DNA of 24,830 bases, taken from positions 1-24,830 of the forward strand of contig JADFNQ010000001.1 of the NCBI GenBank assembly GCA_022563285.1, given 5' to 3'. Positions 17,093-24,830 of the stretch are shown one piece after another. The translations under genes were made by a program, and so were the position numbers. Positions within the stretch are counted from its first letter, which is position 1; every line of letters starts with the position of its first letter. The notes below the pieces were generated by a model, which saw only the letters and a list, made by a program, of their open reading frames with translations, did no database searches and was not told the DNA's origin. Source of the DNA: Chloroflexota bacterium. Lineage in GTDB: Bacteria; Chloroflexota; Dehalococcoidia; SM23-28-2; RBG-16-64-32.

Positions 17093-18449
17093 ATCGCAGC
17101 AGTCGCAGCGTCCCCAACTGCTCCAGGCGGCCTACAACGCGCTGTTCCAGCCGGACATCCGCGCGAAGATGCTGTTCACCTTCGCCATGCTGGTGATCTT
17201 CCGCTTCGTGGCGAACCTGCCGGTGCCCGGGACCAATCCGGCGGCCCTCTCGCAGATCTTCGAGAACAGCACCGTCCTGGGGTTCCTGAACATCTTCAGC
17301 GGCGGCGCCCTCCAGAACATGAGCGTCGCCGCCATGGGCGTCTACCCCTACATCACCTCGTCCATCATCATGCAGCTCATGGTCCCTCTGATCCCCACCC
17401 TGAAGGCGCTGTCGCGGGAGGGGGAGCAGGGGCGGCGCCAGATACAGATATACACCCACTGGATGACCGTGCCTATGGCTCTCGTCCAGGGCTACGGTCA
17501 GCTGATCCTTATCCAGAGCCAGGGAGGGTTCGCGGGCACCGCGGGCATCGGCCTCACCGGCGAGCAGGCCCTGCCTACCCTGTCCATGATCATCTCCATG
17601 ACCGCCGGCACCATGTTCGTGGTCTGGCTGGGCGAGCTCATCAGCGAACGAGGGATCGGGAACGGCATCTCCATCATGATCTTCGCCGGCATCATCGCCG
17701 GACTGCCTCAGTTCGTCGCCGGCCAGCTCTACACCGGCACCGGGGACACGGTCAGCAGCACCATCCTCCTTGGGGGATTGATGATCGGCCTGGTCTACGT
17801 GATCGTTGTCGTCCAGGAGGCGCAGCGGCGGATCCCCGTCCAGTACTCGCGCAGCGTCTTCCGTAGTGGCCGCATGTATCGCCAGTCCGGCCAGACGCAC
17901 ATCCCCCTGCGGGTGAACACCGTGGGGATGATCCCCCTTATCTTCGCCTTCTCTATCATCATCTTCCCGGCCTACGTCGGCAGCATATTCGCCACTTCCG
18001 ATAACGCTTTCGTCGCCGGCGCGGCCGATTGGATACAGGGCGTGTTCGACCCCGGCAACTTTGGCTACTGGGCGTTCCTATTCGTAACCGTTGTGATCTT
18101 CACCTTCTTCTATACGCTGGTCATCTTCGGGCAACAGAACCTGGCGGAGAACCTCCAGCGCCAGGGGGGCTTCGTTCCCGGCATCCGGCCGGGGCGTCCC
18201 ACTGAGGAGTACATCAACCGCGTGCTGATGCGCATCACCTGGGGCGGCGCCTTCTTCCTGGGCTTTATCGCGGTTGCGCCGTTCATATTCGCTGCCATCG
18301 TGGGGGGAAACTTCGCCCTGACCGGCCGCTCAGCCGCCTTTGGAATAACCTCCAGCGGCCTGATCATCGTCGTGGGCGTGGTCCTCGATACCCTGCGCCA
18401 GATCGAGTCCCAACTCCTCATGCGCCAGTATGAAGGGTTCATCCGGTAG
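17076..18449 (+). CDS. secY: Preprotein translocase subunit SecY
   Basis: [44 protein letters not shown] and FVPGIRPG, with about 10 hydrophobic segments. Confidence 0.99.
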   Translation: MATAARSQQSQRPQLLQAAYNALFQPDIRAKMLFTFAMLVIFRFVANLPVPGTNPAALSQIFENSTVLGFLNIFSGGALQNMSVAAMGVYPYITSSIIMQLMVPLIPTLKALSREGEQGRRQIQIYTHWMTVPMALVQGYGQLILIQSQGGFAGTAGIGLTGEQALPTLSMIISMTAGTMFVVWLGELISERGIGNGISIMIFAGIIAGLPQFVAGQLYTGTGDTVSSTILLGGLMIGLVYVIVVVQEAQRRIPVQYSRSVFRSGRMYRQSGQTHIPLRVNTVGMIPLIFAFSIIIFPAYVGSIFATSDNAFVAGAADWIQGVFDPGNFGYWAFLFVTVVIFTFFYTLVIFGQQNLAENLQRQGGFVPGIRPGRPTEEYINRVLMRITWGGAFFLGFIAVAPFIFAAIVGGNFALTGRSAAFGITSSGLIIVVGVVLDTLRQIESQLLMRQYEGFIR

Positions 18450-18465
18450 GGGGCAGACGACAAGC

Positions 18466-19125
18466 TTGTATCTAATCTTGTTGGGTCTGCCGGGAGCGGG
18501 CAAAGGCACTCAGGCTACCCTACTATCCCAGGACACGGGCATGGCGCACATAACCAGCGGAGAGCTCTTTCGCGAAAACATCCGCGGGAAGACGGAGCTG
18601 GGCCGCAAGGCCCAGCCGTTCGTGGAGCGTGGCCTCCTGGTCCCCAACGAGTTGACGGTCGGCATGATCCTTGAGCGCATCTCTCAGCCGGATGCCCGGC
18701 GGGGCTTCCTGCTGGACGGGTACCCGCGAAACCTGGAGCAGGCGAGGGCGCTAGATCGGGCGCTGGCCGCCCAAGAGAAGGCGATCGACAAAACCCTTTA
18801 CATCAAGGTCTCTGATGAGGAGCTAGTCCGCCGCCTCGCCGGCCGCTGGAACTGCCGTCAGTGCGGGGCGGTCTACCACGAACAGAGCATGCCCCCCAAG
18901 CAGAGCGGCGCCTGCGACCGCTGCGGCAGCGCCCTGTACCAGCGCGAGGACGACCGCCCTGACGTAGTCCGCACCCGGCTTGAGGTCAACCTGAAGGAGC
19001 TGGAGCCCCTGCTGGCGTATTACCGGAAAGACGGAAAGCTGATTGAGGTGGACGGAGAGCTGGAAGTGGAACGGGTAAAGGAGAAGCTCCTGGCTGCGGT
19101 AGGCCGCCCTCAGGAGGTGCCCTAG
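18466..19125 (+). CDS. adk: Adenylate kinase with a zinc-binding LID domain
   Basis: P-loop GLPGAGKGTQA, FLLDGYPRN and LID CRQC...CDRC. Start placed at the in-frame TTG 18466 after the secY stop. Confidence 0.97.
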   Translation: MYLILLGLPGAGKGTQATLLSQDTGMAHITSGELFRENIRGKTELGRKAQPFVERGLLVPNELTVGMILERISQPDARRGFLLDGYPRNLEQARALDRALAAQEKAIDKTLYIKVSDEELVRRLAGRWNCRQCGAVYHEQSMPPKQSGACDRCGSALYQREDDRPDVVRTRLEVNLKELEPLLAYYRKDGKLIEVDGELEVERVKEKLLAAVGRPQEVP

Positions 19126-19131
19126 GCCACC

Positions 19132-19881
19132 ATGCCCATCATCCTCAAGTCCCGAGACGAGGTCGCCATTATGCGCGAGGCCGGCCGTATCCTGGCTGAG
19201 GTGCGTGAGATCGTGGTGGACCGCCTGCGCCCCGGCCTGGTGGAGAAAGAGCTGGACGAGGTGGCGCGCAAGGAGTTCAAGAAGCGTAAGGTCGTTCCAG
19301 CCTTCCTCGGCTACCTGGGCTATCCGGCAACCGTATGCGTGTCCGCTAACGATAAGATCGTGCACGGCATTCCGGGCGACCGCGAGTTGATGGACGGCGA
19401 TATCGTCAGCATCGACATCGGCTGCATCTACAAGGGGTTCGTGGCTGACTGTGCGGTGACCATAGGCATCGGCGACGTCTCCCCGGAGGCGCAGCGCCTC
19501 ATTGATGTGACGCGAGAGGCGCTGAACAGGGGAATAGGAGCCGCTCGCGCCGGCGCCCGGCTGGGTGAGATAGGCGCCGCCATACAAGGCTATGTAGAGG
19601 GTGAGGGCTTCTCTGTGGTGCGGGAGTACGTGGGCCACGGCGTGGGCCGCCAGATGCACGAAGACCCTCAGGTGCCGAACTACGGCCGCCCTGATTCCGG
19701 CCCTATCCTCAAGGAGGGCATGGTCATCGCCATCGAGCCGATGGTTAACGCCGGTGACTGGCGCACTAAGCGGGACTCGGACAACTGGACCGTTCGGACA
19801 CTGGATGGCAGCCTGTCCGCCCACTTCGAGCACACCCTTGCCATACGAGACGGTGAGGCAGAAGTGCTGACTTTGCCGTAG
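19132..19881 (+). CDS. map: Methionine aminopeptidase type I
   Basis: VHGIP, SIDIG, ADCA, GHGVG, IEPM and AHFEHT metal-site motifs. Confidence 0.98.
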   Translation: MPIILKSRDEVAIMREAGRILAEVREIVVDRLRPGLVEKELDEVARKEFKKRKVVPAFLGYLGYPATVCVSANDKIVHGIPGDRELMDGDIVSIDIGCIYKGFVADCAVTIGIGDVSPEAQRLIDVTREALNRGIGAARAGARLGEIGAAIQGYVEGEGFSVVREYVGHGVGRQMHEDPQVPNYGRPDSGPILKEGMVIAIEPMVNAGDWRTKRDSDNWTVRTLDGSLSAHFEHTLAIRDGEAEVLTLP

Positions 19882-19903
19882 AATATAAGCTTTGGAGGTA
19901 GAT

Positions 19904-19951
19904 ATTCAAGGAGGTGACCGCCGAAACGCCCGCTATGGGCGGGGGCGCTGA
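19904..19951 (+). other. Candidate small upstream ORF (ATT start, or TTG at 19892) whose TGA overlaps the infA ATG
   Basis: GGAGGT 19894-19899, ATT 19904, 15 codons [18 protein letters not shown] 19949-19951 (TGATG overlap). Translation is not demonstrated. Confidence 0.3.
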
Positions 19952-20169
19952 TGGGGAAAAAAGAAGCAATAGAGGTTGAGGGGGTAGTTAAAGAGAACTT
20001 GCCCAACGCGTTTTTTCGTGTAGAATTGCCTAATGGGCACAGGATCCTCGCCCATGCGTCTGGAAAGATCCGGATGCACTTCATCCGCATACTGCCCGGC
20101 GATCGCGTGCTGGTGGAGCTCTCCCCTTACGACTTAAGCCGGGGCAGGGTGACCTATCGCTTCAAGTAA
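19951..20169 (+). CDS. infA: Translation initiation factor IF-1
   Basis: [33 protein letters not shown] and [17 protein letters not shown]. Confidence 0.99.
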   Translation: MGKKEAIEVEGVVKENLPNAFFRVELPNGHRILAHASGKIRMHFIRILPGDRVLVELSPYDLSRGRVTYRFK

Positions 20170-20178
20170 GGTTCTATA

Positions 20179-20292
20179 GTGAAGGTATCGGCATCCGTCA
20201 AACGCCGCTGTGATAATTGCAAGGTCGTGCGCCGCCGAGGGGTGGTGCGCGTGATCTGTCGCAACCCCCGCCACAAGCAGAGGCAGGGGTAG
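20179..20292 (+). CDS. rpmJ: 50S ribosomal protein L36 (zinc-binding form); below the ORF-track size cutoff
   Basis: GTG start; [37 protein letters not shown]. Confidence 0.98.
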   Translation: MKVSASVKRRCDNCKVVRRRGVVRVICRNPRHKQRQG

Positions 20293-20301
20293 GAGGGGTT
20301 C

Positions 20302-20685
20302 ATGGCTCGCATAGCTGGAGTGGATATACCCCGAGACAAGCGCGTCGACGTATCGCTGCGCTACATCTACGGTATAGGCATCACCGTAGCCAACCAGATA
20401 TGCACTCACGCCGCCGTATCGGGCGAGACGAAGGTCCGGGAGCTGACGGACGATGAGATCTCCCGCATCCGTGAGTACATAGACCGCAACTTCATCGTAG
20501 AGGGCGAGCTGCGCAAGCAGGTGCGCCAGAACATCCAGCGGCTTGTAGAGATCAACAGCTACCGGGGCATACGCCACCGCCGCGGCCTGCCCGTACGCGG
20601 GCAGCGCACTCAGACCAACGCCCGCACCAAGCGGGGCGCCCGCCGCACCGTGGCCGGCAGGCGGCGCGCCGTGGCCAAGAAGTAA
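20302..20685 (+). CDS. rpsM: 30S ribosomal protein S13
   Basis: [16 protein letters not shown] and [26 protein letters not shown]. Confidence 0.99.
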   Translation: MARIAGVDIPRDKRVDVSLRYIYGIGITVANQICTHAAVSGETKVRELTDDEISRIREYIDRNFIVEGELRKQVRQNIQRLVEINSYRGIRHRRGLPVRGQRTQTNARTKRGARRTVAGRRRAVAKK

Positions 20686-20694
20686 GGGAGCAGA

Positions 20695-21090
20695 ATGGCG
20701 GAACGGAAGACAAAAGCACGCACGCGCAAACGAGAGAAGAAGAACGTCCCCACGGGGCTGGCCTACATCCAGTCCAGCTTTAACAACACCACCATCACGT
20801 TGACCGACCCCAACGGCAACGTTCTCTCCTGGGCCAGCGCTGGCACCGCCGGCTTCAAGGGCTCCCGCAAGAGCACTCCCTATGCGGCCGGGCTGGCCGC
20901 CGAAGCAGCCGCCCGCCGGGCCATGGACCACGGCCTGCGGCAGGTGGACGTGCGAATTAAGGGGCCCGGCAGCGGCCGAGAAGCGGCGATCCGCTCCCTG
21001 CAGGCCGCCGGCATACAGGTCACCAGCATCCGTGACGTGACACCGATACCACACAACGGCTGTCGTGCGCGCAAGCGACGGCGAGTTTAG
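20695..21090 (+). CDS. rpsK: 30S ribosomal protein S11
   Basis: [26 protein letters not shown] and [11 protein letters not shown]. Confidence 0.99.
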   Translation: MAERKTKARTRKREKKNVPTGLAYIQSSFNNTTITLTDPNGNVLSWASAGTAGFKGSRKSTPYAAGLAAEAAARRAMDHGLRQVDVRIKGPGSGREAAIRSLQAAGIQVTSIRDVTPIPHNGCRARKRRRV

Positions 21091-21097
21091 GAGGGAT

Positions 21098-21724
21098 ATG
21101 GCCCGCTACACCGGACCCGTCTGCCGTCTCTGTCGCCGCCTCGGCGATAAGCTATACCTTAAGGGCGAGAAGTGCTTCTCGCCCAAGTGCGCGTTCGAAA
21201 GGCGCCCGTTCGCCCCCGGTCAGCGCTCTATGCGCCGCCGCAAGGTGTCCGACCGCGGCCTGCAGTTGCGAGAGAAGCAGCGCGCCCGTGCGATATACGG
21301 CGTGCTGGAACGGCAGTTCCGCCGCTACTACGCTGAGGCGGTGCGACGCCACGGCGTGAGTGGTGACAACCTGCTCCGAATCCTGGAGCTGCGCCTGGAT
21401 AACCTCCTGTACCGCTTCGGCTTCGCCGACTCGCGGGCCCAGGGCCGCCAGGTGGTCCTGCACGGGCACATCACTGTGAACGGCCGCAAGGCGCGCACTC
21501 CCTCCCACGTTCTCAAGGTGGGGGACGTCATCGGCTGGACGTCGCGGGGGCAGAACTCGCAGTACTTCCAGATCGTGAAGGAGCAGATGGAGAGCAAGAG
21601 CCCGCCGTCCTGGTTGAGCGTAGAAGGGGAGAAGATGATCGGTCGCGTGCTCATGCAACCGGAGATAGAAGAGATTGGGGCTAAGTTCAGCTCCGCCACC
21701 GTCGTCGAATACTACTCTCGGTAG
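21098..21724 (+). CDS. rpsD: 30S ribosomal protein S4 (four-Cys type)
   Basis: SD GGAGG then ATG at 21098. MARYTGPVCRLCRR...KC..PKC, LREKQR and LELRLDN. Confidence 0.99.
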   Translation: MARYTGPVCRLCRRLGDKLYLKGEKCFSPKCAFERRPFAPGQRSMRRRKVSDRGLQLREKQRARAIYGVLERQFRRYYAEAVRRHGVSGDNLLRILELRLDNLLYRFGFADSRAQGRQVVLHGHITVNGRKARTPSHVLKVGDVIGWTSRGQNSQYFQIVKEQMESKSPPSWLSVEGEKMIGRVLMQPEIEEIGAKFSSATVVEYYSR

Positions 21725-21734
21725 GGGATAGTCA

Positions 21735-22991
21735 ATGCTAGAGTCTCAGGTTTATCAAGGTGTGCCTGCTGCGCCCGTTGTGGAGGAACCGTCCTACGAG
21801 CCTCAGATCGAAGTTGAGGATAGCACGGACAATTTTGCCCGCGTGATCGCGGCGCCGTTGCTGCCCGGCTTCGGCATCACGTTGGGGAACGCCCTCAGGC
21901 GCGTGCTCCTCAGCTCTCTTTCCGGGGCGGCGGTTACCTCCGTGCGCATCGAAGGGGTGCAGCACGATTTCTCAACCATCCCAAACATCAAGGAGGACAC
22001 CATAGAGTTCCTTCTGAACATCAAGGGGCTGCGCCTGCGGGCCGCCTCGGACCGGCCCGGTACGCTCATCCTTGAGGTCAGCGGCCGCGAGGGTGAGATC
22101 ACCGCCGCCGATCTCCAGGTTCCGGAGCACTACGAGGTGATGAACCCAGAGCTCCACCTGGCGACCATGGACTCGCCAAAGGGCCAGCTCCGGGTGGAGC
22201 TGAACGTTGAGCCCGGCCGCGGCTACGTTCCCGCCGGCCTGGCCGATGGTGTGCCCCTCGGCGTCATCCCCGTGGACGCCATTTTCTCGCCCGTGCGCAA
22301 GGTCAACTATAAGATCGGTCGAACGCGCGTTGGTCAGGAGACCAACTTTGACCGCCTTGAAATGGAGGTCTGGACCGACGGCACCGTCAGCGCCGTCGAT
22401 GCCGTCAGCAAAAGCGCCGAGATCATCATCGAGCAGTTCCAGCTGTTCGCTCACATGGGGCAGCCCCCTCTGCCGGTGGTGGAGCGCGGCCTGGGGGCAG
22501 GGGTTGTCCTCACGCCTGAGAAGTTCAACATGCCCATTGAGGACCTCAGCCTCTCCATGCGGGCCTACAACTGCCTGCGCCGCAGCGGTCTCATGACCGT
22601 GGGCAATGTGCTGGAGAAGAGCGAGGAGGAGCTTCTCTCCCTGCGCAACTTCGGTCGCAAGTCCTACGACGAGCTAAAGGACAAGCTGAACGAGTTGGGT
22701 CTGCTCCCTGTCGAGCCGGAGGAAGAGGTGATGGAGGCGCCGCCCTTGGAGGAGGGGGAGGGCCCCGTCCTGGCTCAGCGCCCGGCGGTGGAGGAAGCCG
22801 AAGCCCCCCCTGCTGTTGAACAGCCTCAGGAGGTGCGGGAGGAGGCGAAGAAGACGGAGGAAGCGGAGGCGCCTGCCAAGAAACAGGCAAAGGCCGCCAA
22901 GGTGGAGCCGTCCGCTGAGGATGACGAGGACGAAGTACCGGACTGGAAACGCAAACTGATGGAGATCACCGGTGGGGAGGACAGCGAGTAG
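21735..22991 (+). CDS. rpoA: DNA-directed RNA polymerase subunit alpha with a 95-aa C-terminal extension
   Basis: [28 protein letters not shown] and alpha-[14 protein letters not shown]...RNFGRKS. Confidence 0.99.
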   Translation: MLESQVYQGVPAAPVVEEPSYEPQIEVEDSTDNFARVIAAPLLPGFGITLGNALRRVLLSSLSGAAVTSVRIEGVQHDFSTIPNIKEDTIEFLLNIKGLRLRAASDRPGTLILEVSGREGEITAADLQVPEHYEVMNPELHLATMDSPKGQLRVELNVEPGRGYVPAGLADGVPLGVIPVDAIFSPVRKVNYKIGRTRVGQETNFDRLEMEVWTDGTVSAVDAVSKSAEIIIEQFQLFAHMGQPPLPVVERGLGAGVVLTPEKFNMPIEDLSLSMRAYNCLRRSGLMTVGNVLEKSEEELLSLRNFGRKSYDELKDKLNELGLLPVEPEEEVMEAPPLEEGEGPVLAQRPAVEEAEAPPAVEQPQEVREEAKKTEEAEAPAKKQAKAAKVEPSAEDDEDEVPDWKRKLMEITGGEDSE

Positions 22992-22993
22992 GC

Positions 22994-23356
22994 ATGGCCC
23001 ACCGCATCGACGGGCGCAAGCTGGGCAGGCCCACCGACCACAGGTTGGCCATGTTCCGCAACCTAGTGACGGCTCTCCTCCGTCATGAGAAGATCATCAC
23101 CACGGAGGCGAAGGCGAAGGAGGTGCGGGGCCTGGCTGAGCGGGTGATCACCCTGGGCAAGCGGGGCGACCTGCACGCCCGCCGCCAGGCGTTGCGCTTC
23201 GTGTACGACGAGAAGATAGTGAGGAAGGTGTTTGACGACCTGGCCGAGCGTTACGCCACCCGGCCCGGCGGCTACACGCGGATCGTGAAGCTGGGCCAGC
23301 GGCACGGAGACGGCGCCCACATGGCCCAGCTGGAGATGGTGACGGAGGAGGGCTAG
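22994..23356 (+). CDS. rplQ: 50S ribosomal protein L17
   Basis: [24 protein letters not shown] and [10 protein letters not shown]. Confidence 0.99.
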   Translation: MAHRIDGRKLGRPTDHRLAMFRNLVTALLRHEKIITTEAKAKEVRGLAERVITLGKRGDLHARRQALRFVYDEKIVRKVFDDLAERYATRPGGYTRIVKLGQRHGDGAHMAQLEMVTEEG

Positions 23357-23378
23357 GCTGCTGCCCGGCTCATCGGGC

Positions 23379-24173
23379 ATGTCAGGGGACGCACCAGTCC
23401 GCCGTCTGGCCTTGCTCCTGGAGTACGAGGGCACCGGCTTAGGAGGCTCTCAGTACCAGACGAATACGGGAACGATACAGGACGCGCTGGAACGCGCCCT
23501 GCGCAGCTTAACAGGCGAACCGATAAGGGTAGCCCTCGCCGGCCGCACCGATGCCGGCGTCCACGCCCGTGGTCAGGTGGCCGCGTGTACCTCCGGCAGC
23601 CGCCACGGGCCGGACGTGTTCGTGAGGGCGCTCAACCATCACCTGCCGGACCAGATAGCGGTGCGGGCGGCCAGGGAGGTTCCCCTCACCTTCGACCCGC
23701 GTCGCCAGGCGGCCGGCCGCCGGTACCGCTATACTATCCACAACGGACGCCAGCGGCCCGCCCTCCTGCGACGTTTCGTCTGGCAGGTGGCTGAGCCGCT
23801 GGATGTGGATGCGATGCGGCAGGCGGCCGTCTCCCTGGTGGGGCAGCACGACTTCGTCGCATTCACGCAGCCCTCACTCGCCGGACGGCAGAGCACCTGC
23901 CGGAGGATGACGCGGGCGGAGGTCAAGCGCTCCGGCCGCCGCATCCGGGTGGACATGGAGGCCAACGCCTTCTTGCCCCACCAGGTGCGCCGTACGGTGG
24001 GGTCGCTGGTGGAGGTGGGCAGAGGCAGGCTCTCGCCGGCGGAGTTCGAGGCCCTGGTCCGCGAGGCCAGACCGGGAGCGGCGAGCTTCGCGGCGCCGGC
24101 CCGCGGGCTCTGCTTGATGAAGGTTCGCTATGAGGACGGACTGTTTGATGATGAAACGGATGAAGACTTATAG
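23379..24173 (+). CDS. truA: tRNA pseudouridine(38-40) synthase
   Basis: [13 protein letters not shown] with the catalytic Asp, RRYRY, GQHDF, FLPHQVR and APARGLCL. Confidence 0.97.
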   Translation: MSGDAPVRRLALLLEYEGTGLGGSQYQTNTGTIQDALERALRSLTGEPIRVALAGRTDAGVHARGQVAACTSGSRHGPDVFVRALNHHLPDQIAVRAAREVPLTFDPRRQAAGRRYRYTIHNGRQRPALLRRFVWQVAEPLDVDAMRQAAVSLVGQHDFVAFTQPSLAGRQSTCRRMTRAEVKRSGRRIRVDMEANAFLPHQVRRTVGSLVEVGRGRLSPAEFEALVREARPGAASFAAPARGLCLMKVRYEDGLFDDETDEDL

Positions 24174-24642
24174 CCTAAAGGGCGGCGACATAGACAAGCG
24201 CTGGCATGTGCTGGACGCCGCGGATCACACGCTGGGCCGGCTGGCCAGCCAGGTGGCCAGCCTCCTCATGGGCAAGCACAAGCCTGACTTCACCAAACAC
24301 CTGGACATGGGCGACTTTGTGGTGGTGGTGAACGCGGCCAAGGTGCGAATCACCGGAAACAAGCTGCAGGACAAGATGTATTACCGACATACCGGCTACA
24401 TGGGCGGCCTCAAAACGATTCCCTTGGCCCGGATGATGGAACGCCGCCCGGAGCGCGTCATCGAGATGGCGGTGCGCGGGATGCTTCCCCGCAACCGCCT
24501 GGGCCGGCACGTATACCGGCACCTCAAGGTGTACGCGGGGCCTGACCACCCGCACCAGGCGCAAGTCAACGCCTCCCGCAAGCGAGAGGCGGCAGCGGCC
24601 GCCACCAGCACGCCGCGCCCGACAGGAGAGCAACCATCATGA
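24160..24642 (+). CDS. rplM: 50S ribosomal protein L13
   Basis: MKTY start at the in-frame ATG 24160, overlapping the truA end. [27 protein letters not shown] and GMLP. Confidence 0.98.
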   Translation: MKTYSLKGGDIDKRWHVLDAADHTLGRLASQVASLLMGKHKPDFTKHLDMGDFVVVVNAAKVRITGNKLQDKMYYRHTGYMGGLKTIPLARMMERRPERVIEMAVRGMLPRNRLGRHVYRHLKVYAGPDHPHQAQVNASRKREAAAAATSTPRPTGEQPS

Positions 24643-24830
24643 CACAAGAACAGTCCGCGGAGCTTACCGCCCCGCCGGGCGAGCGGTATTACTACGGCAC
24701 CGGACGTCGCAAGTCGGCGGTGGCCCGTGTGCGGCTCTACGCCGGCTCCGGCGCCATCGTCGTCAACGGGAAGCCCTACCAGGAGGTGTTCACCCGGCTG
24801 CTGCACCAGGTCAAGATACGGGAGCCGCTG
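24639..24830 (+). CDS. rpsI: 30S ribosomal protein S9, N-terminal part (truncated by window end)
   Basis: ATGA overlap with rplM; reads MTQEQ...[25 protein letters not shown]. Confidence 0.97.
   Translation, partial: MTQEQSAELTAPPGERYYYGTGRRKSAVARVRLYAGSGAIVVNGKPYQEVFTRLLHQVKIREPL

Noticed and set aside
19873-19900. AT-rich stretch (TAGAAT 19879-19884) as an internal infA promoter
   Set aside because: There is no correctly spaced -35 or extended -10 TG. It is possible but unsupported.
1-24830. tRNA, rRNA, IS elements, integrases or defence genes
   Set aside because: None were seen. Intergenic gaps are too short or lack cloverleaf features, and no transposase or recombinase motifs appear in any frame.

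Overview
A GC-rich bacterial window with every supported gene on the + strand. Bases 1-4032 hold the end of a housekeeping operon: the 3' end of folE, a CelD/BcsL-type (Fem-fold) GNAT, an MshA-like glycosyltransferase, a PIG-L/LmbE deacetylase and the system II cytochrome c synthase ccsA. A clear sigma70-type promoter (4039-4067) and a structured ~145-nt leader follow. Then comes an uninterrupted ribosomal superoperon: rpsL-rpsG-fusA, directly S10-spc-alpha (with secY, adk, map, infA, rpmJ, rpsD, rpoA, rplQ), then truA-rplM-rpsI (truncated). tuf is absent. Gene order and protein sequences suggest Chloroflexota, Dehalococcoidia-like (inference). The most unusual observations are: (i) long acidic Glu/Pro-rich tails on S17 (150 aa, built from an 18-nt repeat), L4, S3 and RNAP alpha; (ii) a terminator/antiterminator-like switch in the rpsL leader; (iii) a small ORF with a possible AUU start whose stop overlaps the infA start; (iv) a long imperfect hairpin between rpsH and rplF; (v) a mycothiol-like cassette with no mshC in the window. 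All structures and alignments were judged by eye; no searches or folding programs were run.
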